Assembly: GCA_005889405.1 (NCBI GenBank)
Contig: VBFY01000057.1
Coordinates: forward strand, 17,475-81,474
Length of the DNA: 64,000 bases
Origin: Chloroflexota bacterium
Lineage (GTDB): Bacteria; Chloroflexota; Limnocylindria; P2-11E
Reading direction: 5' to 3'
In this document: positions 55,022 through 64,000 of the stretch, in pieces
Layout: each line of letters starts with the position of its first letter
Numbering within the stretch: the stretch's first letter is position 1
Position numbers and translations under genes: made by a program
The notes under the pieces: generated by a model
Seen by the model: only the letters and a program-made list of their open reading frames with translations
The model's database searches: none
Told to the model about the DNA's origin: nothing

Positions 55022-55912
55022 GTGGCGGGAACGACGGTACCTATCTCGCTGGGTCGCGCGCGCAGCGACCGGCTGTCCTCCGCCGCATACTTCCTCCGTC
55101 GCAACCCCCGCATGATCATCGGCGGGCTGATCGTCATCGCGTGGCTGCTCGCCGCGCTGTTCGCACCCTTCGTCGCGCCCTATGACCCGATCAAGGTCAA
55201 CGTCGTCGATTCACTGCAGCCGCCGAACCCGCAGCATTGGCTTGGCACCGACGATCTCGGCCGCGACGTGCTCTCGCGCGTCATCTGGGGCTCGCGGGTT
55301 TCGCTTTCCGTCGGGCTGATCAGCGTGTCCATCGGCTTGCTGGTCGGAACGTCGGTCGGCCTCGCGGCCGGGTACCTCGGCGGGAAGTTCGACCTCTTCG
55401 TCATGCGTGGGATCGACGCGCTCCTCGCATTCCCCGCGCTCATCCTGGCGATCGGGATCACCTCCGCGCTCGGCCCGCAGATCCAGAACGCGATGATCGC
55501 GATCGGTATCGTCGCCATCCCCGCGTACGCGCGCTTGACACGCGGGCAGGTGCTGGCGGTGCGCGCGCGCGAATTCATCGTCGCCGCGCGCACGATCGGC
55601 GCGTCGCCGCTCCGCATCGTGGTGCGCCACATCTTCCCGAACGTCATGAACGCACTGATCGTCCAGGCGACCCTCTCGACGGCGTTCGCGATCCTGGCGG
55701 AGGCGGCGCTCTCGTTCCTCGGCCTGGGTCCTCAGCCGCCCTACCCGTCGTGGGGCCAAGACATCAACTACTCGCAACGTTATCTGCCGAACCTGAAGTG
55801 GTGGATGAGCGTCGGGCCAGGCGTCGCGATCTTCACCGCGGTCTTCGCCTTCAACTTCCTGGGCGACGCTCTCCGCGACGCGCTCGACCCGCGCCTTCGG
55901 CGGTCCGGCTAG
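55022..55912 (+). CDS. ABC transporter permease (DppC/OppC-like)
   Basis: Six TM helices, EAA region; starts 1 nt after the upstream permease gene. Confidence 0.85.
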   Translation: MAGTTVPISLGRARSDRLSSAAYFLRRNPRMIIGGLIVIAWLLAALFAPFVAPYDPIKVNVVDSLQPPNPQHWLGTDDLGRDVLSRVIWGSRVSLSVGLISVSIGLLVGTSVGLAAGYLGGKFDLFVMRGIDALLAFPALILAIGITSALGPQIQNAMIAIGIVAIPAYARLTRGQVLAVRAREFIVAARTIGASPLRIVVRHIFPNVMNALIVQATLSTAFAILAEAALSFLGLGPQPPYPSWGQDINYSQRYLPNLKWWMSVGPGVAIFTAVFAFNFLGDALRDALDPRLRRSG

Positions 55913-55987
55913 TACCGGAGTCCTAGGACCCACCGATACCCAACAGCGGCTGCTCGTTCAGCGGCTCGGTGCTACTCCTAGCTCGAC

Positions 55988-56437
55988 ATGCAGGTGAGCC
56001 AGGTCGCATATGACCGTTTCGTCGTGGTGCTCCCGCCGGCCGACGCGGACTACCGCCCGCTCGCCGACCCGGAGACCGTTGCCGAAACGGCCGCGTGGCT
56101 CTGGGAGTTCGGGCCGACGCCGCTGGTGGCGGTCGTCAGCTACGACGGTGCCACTCCGAGCTGGCTCTCCGCATGGTCACCGCGCAAGTTCGACACGACC
56201 CCCGAGGGCGCGAAGAAGGGGGCGGCGGTCGTCCTGAGCGAACGAGCGGACCTCGAACGCTTCCTCTCCGAGGGCGCGCCGCACGAGCACACCGAGCTCC
56301 TGTGGCCGAGCATTTCCGAGGCGAAGACGTTCGAGGCCCTGAGCGCGGGCGGAAACGCGTGGATGAAGACGATCGACGCTCACGCCAAGATCGCGAACAA
56401 GGGCGAGCGATTCGAAGTGGAGCAGATCGAGCCCTAG
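55988..56437 (+). CDS. hypothetical protein
   Basis: 149 aa, no recognised motif; sits where Dpp/Opp ATPase genes would be expected; GC3 consistent with coding. Confidence 0.45.
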   Translation: MQVSQVAYDRFVVVLPPADADYRPLADPETVAETAAWLWEFGPTPLVAVVSYDGATPSWLSAWSPRKFDTTPEGAKKGAAVVLSERADLERFLSEGAPHEHTELLWPSISEAKTFEALSAGGNAWMKTIDAHAKIANKGERFEVEQIEP

Positions 56438-56733
56438 CGGGCAGCGAGCAGTGTCCCTCGCCTCATCATCCCGCCCAGCCATGCGCCTATCGCCGCGATC
56501 CCAAGAACGACGGCTGCCACATCGAGATGTCCACCGAACAGGCTGGCGGCGACGATGGGTAGCGCGACTCCCAGCGCGACCGCGATCCACCGCCGCGGCG
56601 CGGCCAGCGCGAGCGCGAGCGAGAGCCCGAGGATGAGCCCGACCTCGACGCCGGTGTCATCGGTGCGCTGGTCGTAACCGAGAAGGAAGAAGCCGACCAG
56701 GACCGCGGCCAGAAGCACGAGCTGATCTCTCAC
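56434..56733 (-). CDS. hypothetical small membrane protein
   Basis: 99 aa, three TM helices, stop overlaps proC start region. Confidence 0.4.
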   Translation of the reverse strand: MRDQLVLLAAVLVGFFLLGYDQRTDDTGVEVGLILGLSLALALAAPRRWIAVALGVALPIVAASLFGGHLDVAAVVLGIAAIGAWLGGMMRRGTLLAAR

Positions 56734-57578
56734 TGCTTCGTTCGTTGCAGCTTCTGCTGCGCCTCAGCGCCGAGCTCGCGCGTGCGCACGAACGCGGCGT
56801 AGACCGCGCGCGAGAGCACGGTGCGCATCGTGCCCTTTTCCAGCTCGTAGATCGCCGCGGCGCTGGTGCCGCCGGGGGAGGTGACCATGTTCCGCAGCTC
56901 CGCGAGATGCCGCCCGCTGCGGCGCGCGAAAGCCGCGGAGCCCTCGACGGTGCGCAGCACGAGCTCCTCGGAGACGCGCCGCGAGAAGCCGAGATGGACC
57001 CCGGCGTCGACGAGCGCCTCCATCAACAGGAACACATACGTCGGCCCGGTGCCGGAGAGCGCGGTCGCCATGTCGACCTGGCCCTCTTCCTCGACCTCGA
57101 TCTCCTCGCCGAGCGCGCCGAGGATCGCCTTCGCGCGTTCGCGCTGATCGCGGTCGACGCTCGCGGTCGCGCACCACGCCGTGATGCCCATCCCGATCTG
57201 CGCGGGCGTGTTGGGCATCGCGCGCACGATCGTCGCGTGGTCCAGACCCTCGCGCAGGACGGTGAGCGGGGCGCCGGCGATGATCGAGAGCACGAGCTGA
57301 TCGGAGCGCAGCTTCCCGCGCAGCTCGCGGAGCACGGTCGGGAGCACCTGCGGCTTCACCGACAGCACGACGATGTGCGCGCTCTGCGCTGCTTCGGCGT
57401 TCGAGGCGAGCGCCTTCACGCCGAACTGTTTCGTGAGCTCGGCGCGACGCTCGCGGCGCGGCCCGGTGACGAAGACGTGCGACGGCGGCACGAGATGTTT
57501 GTCGAGGAGACCGCGGATCATCGCCTCCGCCATCGTGCCGCCGCCGATGAACGCGAGGCGCCTTCCTTGGAGAGGCAT
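56730..57578 (-). CDS. proC: pyrroline-5-carboxylate reductase
   Basis: LAFIGGGTMAEAMIRGLL NADP-binding motif and the conserved C-terminal dimerisation domain. Confidence 0.9.
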   Translation of the reverse strand: MPLQGRRLAFIGGGTMAEAMIRGLLDKHLVPPSHVFVTGPRRERRAELTKQFGVKALASNAEAAQSAHIVVLSVKPQVLPTVLRELRGKLRSDQLVLSIIAGAPLTVLREGLDHATIVRAMPNTPAQIGMGITAWCATASVDRDQRERAKAILGALGEEIEVEEEGQVDMATALSGTGPTYVFLLMEALVDAGVHLGFSRRVSEELVLRTVEGSAAFARRSGRHLAELRNMVTSPGGTSAAAIYELEKGTMRTVLSRAVYAAFVRTRELGAEAQQKLQRTKQ

Positions 57579-58336
57579 CAGCGGATGATACGGACGAGGT
57601 CGCCGCTTTCGAACAGGCCGCGCGTCTCGATCGTGAGACGGTCGAACGCCTGCGGCGGGATGCCGATGTCGGCGAGGAGCAGCTCACCGACGAGAGCGCG
57701 CGACCGTGTCGTGACCAGTCCGCGCTTCGGCAGGGCCAGCGTGACGGTGAGCGCGGCGCGGATCGTTACGCCGAGGGGCTCGCCGGTATCCGGATGCAGG
57801 CCCGAGGGAATGTCGACCGCGAGGATCGGCAGGTGCGACGCGTTCGCGGCGCGAATCAGGTCGGCGAGCGCGTCGCGCGGCGGGCCGCTGACGCTGTAGC
57901 CGAGCAAGCCGTCGATGACGAGGTCCGCGTCGTCGACGGCGATCGCTTCGTGCGGCAGTCCGAGCTTTGTGAGGATGTCGTGCTGGCGCCGCGCGAGCGG
58001 CCGCAGCCGCTCTGCGGGACCCGACAGGACGGCGCTGACGATCGCACCCCAGCCGCTCAGGTGACGGAGCGCGCCCAGCGCGTCGCCGCCGTTGTTCCCG
58101 CTCCCGACGAACGCCACGATGCGCTTGCCGGCGACACCACCGAGGAAGACGCGCGCCGCGACGGCGATCTGGTGCGACGCGTTCTCCATAAGCAGCTCCA
58201 GCGGGATGCCGAGCTCCTCAGACGCGATCCGATCCGCCTCGGCGATCTGCGCGGCGGTCGCGAAGGGGACCTCGCGCAGTGAGGGCAGGTTATCGAACGG
58301 CCCGGTGGGTCTGGTCTCGACGTGGCCGTCCATCAA
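57578..58336 (-). CDS. nnrE: NAD(P)H-hydrate epimerase (YjeF N-terminal domain only)
   Basis: VGSGNNGGDALGALRHL and the DIPSGL motif; no fused C-terminal dehydratase domain. Confidence 0.7.
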   Translation of the reverse strand: MMDGHVETRPTGPFDNLPSLREVPFATAAQIAEADRIASEELGIPLELLMENASHQIAVAARVFLGGVAGKRIVAFVGSGNNGGDALGALRHLSGWGAIVSAVLSGPAERLRPLARRQHDILTKLGLPHEAIAVDDADLVIDGLLGYSVSGPPRDALADLIRAANASHLPILAVDIPSGLHPDTGEPLGVTIRAALTVTLALPKRGLVTTRSRALVGELLLADIGIPPQAFDRLTIETRGLFESGDLVRIIR

Positions 58337-59073
58337 AGGCGACCCAGGAGGACCACCTTCGGCACGGCGAACGTCGTCTCCGTGATGCGGAACGTCGCGA
58401 CCGCGGCGGCCGGTGCTTCGCGCAGGCGGCGCCGCACCTCCGCGGCGCGGTGCGCCGGGGTCTGCGACCGCTCAAGCCAGCCTTCAGTCGTGATCTTCGT
58501 CGTCAGCAGGTCCGACTCGACGGCGGTGCGAAGGCCGGCATCCTCGAGCAGCGCCAGCCAGCCGGCGATGGTGTGGTTTCGCACGTGTGAAGCATCGCGC
58601 AGCTTTTCGAGCTCGTTGAGGAACGCATCGAGAGCCGGATCGTCCGGACCGTAGTTGTCGACCAGGACGAAACGTCCGCCCGGACGGAGCACGCGCGCGA
58701 CCTCGCGGAACGCGCCCGCGGCGTCCGTGAAGTGGTGAGCGGCGAGGCGGCACGTCACGAGGTCGAACGTCGCGTCTGGGAACGGGAGCGCGGCCGCGTC
58801 CGACTGCGCGAACGCGGCGTTCGAAGCGGTCACGACGCTCGCCCGCCCCGCTTGCATCATCTCGAGCGTCGCATCCGCACCGACCACGAACGCCACCAAA
58901 GGCGCGATGCGGCACAGCGTGTGGCCCACACCGCAGCCGAGGTCGAGCGCACGTTCGTGACTCCGGGGCGCCGCGACGGCGATGAGCCGCTCGAGATCCT
59001 CGCCCGACGCGTGCGTCGCGCTCGACACGTACGCGGCGGCCGTCTTGCCGAACTGCGCCCGTGCGTCTTTCAC
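58333..59073 (-). CDS. class I SAM-dependent methyltransferase
   Basis: ALDLGCGVGH motif I, Methyltransf_11-like; GTG at VKDARAQF overlaps the upstream GNAT stop. Confidence 0.75.
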   Translation of the reverse strand: MKDARAQFGKTAAAYVSSATHASGEDLERLIAVAAPRSHERALDLGCGVGHTLCRIAPLVAFVVGADATLEMMQAGRASVVTASNAAFAQSDAAALPFPDATFDLVTCRLAAHHFTDAAGAFREVARVLRPGGRFVLVDNYGPDDPALDAFLNELEKLRDASHVRNHTIAGWLALLEDAGLRTAVESDLLTTKITTEGWLERSQTPAHRAAEVRRRLREAPAAAVATFRITETTFAVPKVVLLGRL

Positions 59074-59546
59074 AGCTCTTTCTCGAACTCGACGGTCGTC
59101 GCGCGCGTGTATCCGTTCGCCTCCCAAAACTCCATCGCGGCGGCATTGTCGTTCCACACGATGAGATTCACCTTCGGGCAACCGCGTTCGCGAAGCCGCT
59201 GCTCGATGACGCGCACCAGGCGTGCCCCGAGTCCGTGCCGGCGCTCGTCCGCGCGCACCGCGACGTGATACAGCCAACCGCGACGACCGTCCCAGCCGCC
59301 GAGCGCGGTCGCGGCGAGACCCTGGTCGTCGAGCGCGAGCAGGAACAATCCGGGATTGCGTTCCGCGAACGCTGCGAGCGAGCGGTCATCGTCGCCTGGA
59401 CGGATGCGGATGCCCGAAGCCTCCCAGAACGCGCGGATCGCTGCGCCGTCGCCCGCGCGGAACTCCCGCACGTCCACTTCTCCATTCTTCGCGCTCGTCT
59501 CCGCCCGCTTCGCGGCGTTGCCTCGCCGCGTCGCTCCGCTCTTCAT
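59070..59546 (-). CDS. GNAT-family N-acetyltransferase
   Basis: HVAVRADERRHGLGARLV acetyl-CoA binding motif; GAGGAG SD 6 nt before the ATG. Confidence 0.75.
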   Translation of the reverse strand: MKSGATRRGNAAKRAETSAKNGEVDVREFRAGDGAAIRAFWEASGIRIRPGDDDRSLAAFAERNPGLFLLALDDQGLAATALGGWDGRRGWLYHVAVRADERRHGLGARLVRVIEQRLRERGCPKVNLIVWNDNAAAMEFWEANGYTRATTVEFEKEL

Positions 59547-59604
59547 GACTCGCTCCTCGCAGATGAACTGCTCGTCGCTCGACTCTCTCTCATACTGCCT
59601 TGTC

Positions 59605-60441
59605 GTGCGCGTCGGTCGTTTCCAGGTCGAGATCTTCAGCGACGGCATCCTCCGGCTCGATGGTGGCGCGATGTTCGGCATCGTTCCGAAGGCGCTGTGG
59701 GACAAGGAGAAGCCGGCGGACGACCGCAATCGCGTCGCGCTTGATATGAACTGTCTGCTCATCCGCGACGGAGCGGGGAACGTCGTCGTGGTCGAGACCG
59801 GTGCGGGACCGAAGCTCACCGCCCGCTCGCAGGAGATCTTCGGTATCGACGAGCCGCCGCGGCTCCTGGGCGAGCTGGCGCGGCGCGGCGTGCGACCGGA
59901 CGAAGTGACGCTCGTCGTGAACACCCATCTCCACTTCGATCACGCCGGCGGCAACACCTATCGCGACGGTGAGAAGCTCGTCGCCACATTCCCGCGTGCC
60001 TCGTACGTGTTCCAGCGCCTCGAGTGGGTCGATGCGAACGCGCCGAACGAGCGCACGCGCGGCTCGTACTTCGCCGAGGATTACGCGCCGCTCGAGGCCG
60101 CGGGCAAGCTCGAGCTCATCGACGAGAGCGTCGAGATCCTGCCCGGGATCCGGCTCGATCGGATCCAGGGCCACACCCGCGGCACGCAGACCGTGCGCGT
60201 CAGCGACGCGGGAGAGACGCTCTTCTTCTCGTCCGACTTCATGCCCGACCGCCACCATCTCCGCCTGCCGTGGATCCCGGCGTTCGACCTGTTCCCGCTC
60301 GAGACGCTCGCGGCGAAGAAGGCGATCCTGGCACGCGCGGTGAGCGAGAAATGGATCGTCGGCTTCACCCACGACCTCCCGCGCTTCGGACGGATCCTCG
60401 AGCGGGACGGCAAGCTCCGCTTCGAAGAGGTGGCGCCATAG
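59605..60441 (+). CDS. MBL-fold metallo-hydrolase
   Basis: NTHLHFDHAGG and the downstream His/Asp ligands; GTG 59605 chosen, ATG 59563 possible. Confidence 0.75.
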   Translation: MRVGRFQVEIFSDGILRLDGGAMFGIVPKALWDKEKPADDRNRVALDMNCLLIRDGAGNVVVVETGAGPKLTARSQEIFGIDEPPRLLGELARRGVRPDEVTLVVNTHLHFDHAGGNTYRDGEKLVATFPRASYVFQRLEWVDANAPNERTRGSYFAEDYAPLEAAGKLELIDESVEILPGIRLDRIQGHTRGTQTVRVSDAGETLFFSSDFMPDRHHLRLPWIPAFDLFPLETLAAKKAILARAVSEKWIVGFTHDLPRFGRILERDGKLRFEEVAP

Positions 60442-60455
60442 CGACCGCGTCGACG

Positions 60456-61631
60456 GTGATCGTCGGCGGAGGCGTCGTGGGTTGCGCCGCGGCGTTCTTC
60501 CTCGCGGAGCGCGGCCAGCGCGACGTCGTGCTTCTCGAGCGTGGCCAGCTGGGGCAGGGGACGAGCAAGGGCGGCCTCGGCGGCATCCGCCATCAGTTCG
60601 ACGACGAGCTCGACGTCCGTCTCTCGAAGCTCGCGGTCGCGTTCTGGCGCGCGTTCGAGGACCGCACCGGCGCGCGGCATGACTTCCAGCAGCGTGGCTA
60701 TCTCTTCATCGCGGAGACGCGGGAGGGCCTCGAGCAGCTCCGCGCACCGATCCCGCTCTACGAGCGCATCGGCGTGAACGTCGAGATGGTCGACCGTGAG
60801 GAGATCGAGCGGCTCGTGCCGGGAATCCGCACCGACGATCTCGTCGGTGGCCGCTTCGGCGCGGAGGATGGTTACGGCGATCCGGTCCAGGCGCTGGCGG
60901 GGTTCGCCGCGTTCGCGCACCTCGCCGGTGTGAAGATCCGCGAGGACGTCGCGGTGCTCGAGATCATGCGCGAGGGCGATCGCGTCACCGGCGTACGCAC
61001 ATCCGAGGGCCCGATCTCCTGCGACCGCGTGCTGCTCGCGACAGGCTGCTGGACCGCGTCGCTCGCCGCGACCGCCGGCGTCGCGGTCCCGATCTGGGCC
61101 TATGCCAGGTCGATCATGGAGTCACGCCCGTTCCCGGCGCTCTCACGCGTGCCGATGACGATCGAGCTGGAGTCCGGCTTCCATTTCCGTCCGAAGGGTG
61201 CGGCACAGCGCTTCGCGATGCCGAACCTCACCGGCGACGGACGCGTGGAGAAGGGTCCCGTCGCGCCGCCCACCGCGTTCGTGCCCGGCGACTTTGCCCC
61301 GCTCGTCGTTCCGTCCTCGCTCGAGCCGTGGGTCCGCGCCCGTGCCGCGTGGCGGCATCCGCTCTTCGCCGACCTGCGCATCACCGACTCCTGGTCCTGC
61401 TATTACGAGATGACGCCCGATGACCATCCCGTCGTCGGCGCGGTGCCCGGCGTCGCCGGCCTCTATGTCGCGGCGGGCTTTTCAGGCCACGGGTTCATGC
61501 ACGCCCCCGCGACGGCGCAGCTCGTGGTCGAGGAGATGCTCGACGGGCGCGCGCACACGCTCGACATCGGCGATCTCTCACTCGAGCGCTTCGCGAGCGG
61601 GCGCCGCCCATTCACGGCGACGGTGCTCTGA
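60456..61631 (+). CDS. FAD-dependent oxidoreductase (DAO family)
   Basis: VIVGGGVVGCAAAFFLAERG dinucleotide-binding motif and the C-terminal G-x-G-F-x-H region; GTG 15 nt after the upstream stop. Confidence 0.8.
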   Translation: MIVGGGVVGCAAAFFLAERGQRDVVLLERGQLGQGTSKGGLGGIRHQFDDELDVRLSKLAVAFWRAFEDRTGARHDFQQRGYLFIAETREGLEQLRAPIPLYERIGVNVEMVDREEIERLVPGIRTDDLVGGRFGAEDGYGDPVQALAGFAAFAHLAGVKIREDVAVLEIMREGDRVTGVRTSEGPISCDRVLLATGCWTASLAATAGVAVPIWAYARSIMESRPFPALSRVPMTIELESGFHFRPKGAAQRFAMPNLTGDGRVEKGPVAPPTAFVPGDFAPLVVPSSLEPWVRARAAWRHPLFADLRITDSWSCYYEMTPDDHPVVGAVPGVAGLYVAAGFSGHGFMHAPATAQLVVEEMLDGRAHTLDIGDLSLERFASGRRPFTATVL

Positions 61632-61642
61632 CCCCGTCGCAC

Positions 61643-62314
61643 ATGAATGTCCGCGTCACGCGCTTCATCGACGGTGCGCGGGAGGCGACGGGCCTTGCCG
61701 TGATCGTCGACGTGTTCCGCGCCTTCACGACCGCGGCGTTCTGCATCGCCGCCGGAGCGCGAGAGATCGTCCTTGTCGCCGATCACGAGCACGCGCTCGC
61801 CCTCAAACGCGACCATCCGTCGCTGTTCCTCACCGGTGAGATCGGTGGCCGTCCGATCGCGGGCTTCGACGTCGGTAACTCGCCGTCCGCGATCGAGCGC
61901 CTGGACCTCACCGGGCGTCGCGTCGTCCAGCGCACCAGCTCTGGAACGCAGGGCGTGGTGGCCGCGACCGCCGCGCGCGGCATCCTGCTCGGAAGCTTCG
62001 TGATCGCGCAAGCGACCGTCGATCATCTGCGCGGCATCGCGGACGAGGTCACGATCGTTGCCATGGGTCACAACGCGGTCGCCGAAGCCGACGAGGACGT
62101 GCAGTGCGCTCGATATCTCGAATCGCTCTTGCGTGGCGAGCGGCCAACACCGCCGACGGTATTCCTCGAGGGCGATCACTCCAGCGAGGGTTGGCCGGAC
62201 CACTTCCCGCGTCGCGACGCCGAGCTTGCGTGCCAAATCGATCGCTTCGACTTCGCGCTGCCGGTCGCGCGCGAGGATGGTCTTCTCGTCGCCCGGCCGA
62301 TGTGGTCACGGTGA
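61643..62314 (+). CDS. 2-phosphosulfolactate phosphatase (ComB) family protein
   Basis: IVDVFRAFTTA and GNSP motifs of the ComB family. Confidence 0.7.
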   Translation: MNVRVTRFIDGAREATGLAVIVDVFRAFTTAAFCIAAGAREIVLVADHEHALALKRDHPSLFLTGEIGGRPIAGFDVGNSPSAIERLDLTGRRVVQRTSSGTQGVVAATAARGILLGSFVIAQATVDHLRGIADEVTIVAMGHNAVAEADEDVQCARYLESLLRGERPTPPTVFLEGDHSSEGWPDHFPRRDAELACQIDRFDFALPVAREDGLLVARPMWSR

Positions 62315-62361
62315 TCGTCGCGCGCGCGGCGCGTCCCGCCGCGAACTAATACTCTTCCGAG

Positions 62362-63330
62362 GTGCCCCGCACCGTTCTGATCACCGGCATCACCGGCTTC
62401 GCGGGCAGCCATCTCGCCGAGCGCTTCCTGACGCAGGGTGTTGTCGTGCACGGCGTCGCCCATGAGGACCCGCCGCACCCGAACCTCGCGGCGATAGCCG
62501 ACCGGGTGCAGGTGCACCGTGGGAACATCCTCGATCTCGCATCGCTCACCGCCGCGCTCGGCGTCACGCGGCCCGACGCGGTCGTGCACCTCGCCGCGCA
62601 GGCTGTGCCGACGCTCGCGGCTCGCGACCCGGTCTCGGCGGTGCGCGTCAACGTGCTCGGCACGGCGACGCTGCTCGCGGCGCTCGACGCGCATCCCGAC
62701 GTCCGCCTCGTCATGGCGTCGAGCGCCGACGTGTACGGCGTGCCCGACGCGGGGCTCGTCGACGAGCGTGCGCCTCTACGGCCGGCGAACGTCTACGCCG
62801 CGACGAAGGTCGCGTCCGAGGCGCTGGTCCGCGAGTTCGCGGGTCGCCGGGATGCAGCGACCACGGTGCTCCGGCCCGCGAACCAGATCGGCCCGCGGCA
62901 GCATCCGGGGCTCGCGGCATCGGCGTTCGCGAAGCAGATCGCGGAAGCGGAGGCCGGGCTAGCCGAGCCCGTCGTGAAACACGGCGTTCTCGACGCGCGT
63001 CGCGATTTCCTGGATGTGCGCGACATGGCCGCGGCCTACGTCCTCGCGTCGGAGCTCGCCGGGCCGGGCGCGACGGTCTTCAACGTCGGCACCGGCCAGG
63101 CGGTGTCGGTGGCCGAGATCCTGGAGACGCTGATCGCCCTCGCGCGCGTACCGATGCGCGCCGAGCTCGATCCCGAGCGTGTCCGATCCGGCGCCTCCGC
63201 CTCCTTCGCGCTCGACAGCAGCCGCTTCCGCACTCGCACGGGCTGGGCGCCACGCATCGATCTGCGCACCTCGCTCGCGGACACCCTCGACTACTGGCGT
63301 GGCCAGGTCAGGGCCGAGGTCCGCGCGTGA
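62362..63330 (+). CDS. NAD-dependent epimerase/dehydratase family protein
   Basis: VLITGITGFAGSHL Rossmann motif and the YxxxK (YAATK) catalytic pair. Confidence 0.8.
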   Translation: MPRTVLITGITGFAGSHLAERFLTQGVVVHGVAHEDPPHPNLAAIADRVQVHRGNILDLASLTAALGVTRPDAVVHLAAQAVPTLAARDPVSAVRVNVLGTATLLAALDAHPDVRLVMASSADVYGVPDAGLVDERAPLRPANVYAATKVASEALVREFAGRRDAATTVLRPANQIGPRQHPGLAASAFAKQIAEAEAGLAEPVVKHGVLDARRDFLDVRDMAAAYVLASELAGPGATVFNVGTGQAVSVAEILETLIALARVPMRAELDPERVRSGASASFALDSSRFRTRTGWAPRIDLRTSLADTLDYWRGQVRAEVRA

Positions 63331-64000
63331 AGATCGTGTTCGGCACCGACGGGTGGCGCGCGCGCATCGCCGAGGAGTACACGTTCGACGCGGTGCGCGT
63401 GTGCGCGCAGGCTGTCGCGGAGTGGGTCCAGAAGAGCGGCGAGGCCGACCGCGGCGTCATCATCGGGTACGACCGCCGTTTCGCGTCGGAGCATTTCGCG
63501 GCCGCTGCCGCGGAGGTCGTCGCGGCGCACGGGATCCACGTATTTCTCTCGACGGCCGCCGCGCCGACGCAGTCGTTCTCGTACGCGACGATGCGAAAGA
63601 AGGCCAAGGCCGGCATCGTGATCACCGCCAGCCACAATCCATGGCCCGACAACGGCTTCAAGGTGAAGTCGGAGACCGGCGCCGCCGCGGCGCCGGACAT
63701 GTTGAAAGCGCTCGAGGCCGTCATCCATCCGCTCGCGTCGCGTCCGCAGGACGTGCACCGGATGCCGTACGAGGATGCGAAGGCGGCCGGTCGGATCGAG
63801 CTGTTCGATCCCGCGCCCGACTATCTCGCGCGCGTGGCGCAGCTTTTCGATCTCGACGCGTTCCGCGGCGCGGGGTATCGCATCGTGTGCGAGCCCCTCT
63901 ACGGCAGCGCCAGCGGATACTTCCCGCGCCTGCTCGGCGGCGGCAAGACGCAGCTTGTCGAGCTCCATGCCGAGCGCAACCCGTACTTCGGCGGACTCAA
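63327..64000 (+). CDS. phosphomannomutase/phosphoglucomutase (N-terminal part; continues past window)
   Basis: FGTDGWR and the active-site TASHNP motif; GTG overlaps the upstream stop. Confidence 0.8.
   Translation, partial: MKIVFGTDGWRARIAEEYTFDAVRVCAQAVAEWVQKSGEADRGVIIGYDRRFASEHFAAAAAEVVAAHGIHVFLSTAAAPTQSFSYATMRKKAKAGIVITASHNPWPDNGFKVKSETGAAAAPDMLKALEAVIHPLASRPQDVHRMPYEDAKAAGRIELFDPAPDYLARVAQLFDLDAFRGAGYRIVCEPLYGSASGYFPRLLGGGKTQLVELHAERNPYFGGL

Noticed and set aside
1-64000. tRNA, rRNA, CRISPR arrays, IS elements or transposases
   Set aside because: No T-loop/acceptor-like sequences, no repeat-spacer arrays, and no transposase/integrase-like ORFs were seen. The only mobile element is the phoH intein.

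Overview
The window is a ~72% GC, gene-dense chromosomal region on both strands. Gene content and the frequent GTG/TTG starts with 1-4 nt overlaps suggest a high-GC Gram-positive (actinobacterial-type) genome. I found no rRNA or tRNA genes, no CRISPR array and no IS or transposase.

Content is mostly housekeeping, in blocks whose order resembles Firmicutes:
- dnaJ-prmA-rsmE
- plsY, HIT-family gene, rpsU-yqeY
- phoH-pgpH(yqfF)-ybeY
- pth-mfd
- apt, ahcY-metK
- glnA and amt
- proC

Other content:
- a G3P/glycerol locus: Ugp-like SBP plus two permeases, then glpD-glpK, with a convergent GDPD
- a second peptide-type ABC importer lacking ATPase genes
- an ABC-2 exporter divergent from a GAF-GAF histidine kinase and OmpR-type regulator
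- an ECF sigma/anti-sigma pair
- an ArsR/SRPBCC pair
- a secreted beta-lactamase-like hydrolase fused to tandem Ig-like domains

Most notable:
1. phoH is interrupted in-frame by a 359-aa intein (8572..9648). It carries a two-motif LAGLIDADG homing endonuclease, begins with Ala rather than Cys/Ser, and shows a class-3-like Trp/Cys/Thr pattern.
2. A clear TPP riboswitch with an intrinsic-terminator expression platform lies on the minus strand at 24121..24251. It leads an operon of thiamine pyrophosphokinase and a YkoE/YkoD/YkoC-type ECF transporter.
3. A ~38-nt stem-loop element occurs twice (7054..7092 and 25881..25917), with conserved flanks and a covarying loop.
4. Three short, strongly RBS-supported ORFs were missed by the 60-aa track. 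One is a 40-aa TM peptide where glnK usually follows amt; one is a 46-aa two-TM peptide; one is a 61-aa ORF after glnA.
5. A 14-bp perfect inverted repeat lies upstream of amt.
6. A frameshifted phoU-like remnant lies upstream of arsC.
7. Several genes appear to use non-canonical starts (CTG for pth, no ATG/GTG/TTG for yqeY).

Many long ORFs in the supplied track, especially those antisense to real genes, are GC-rich frame artefacts.
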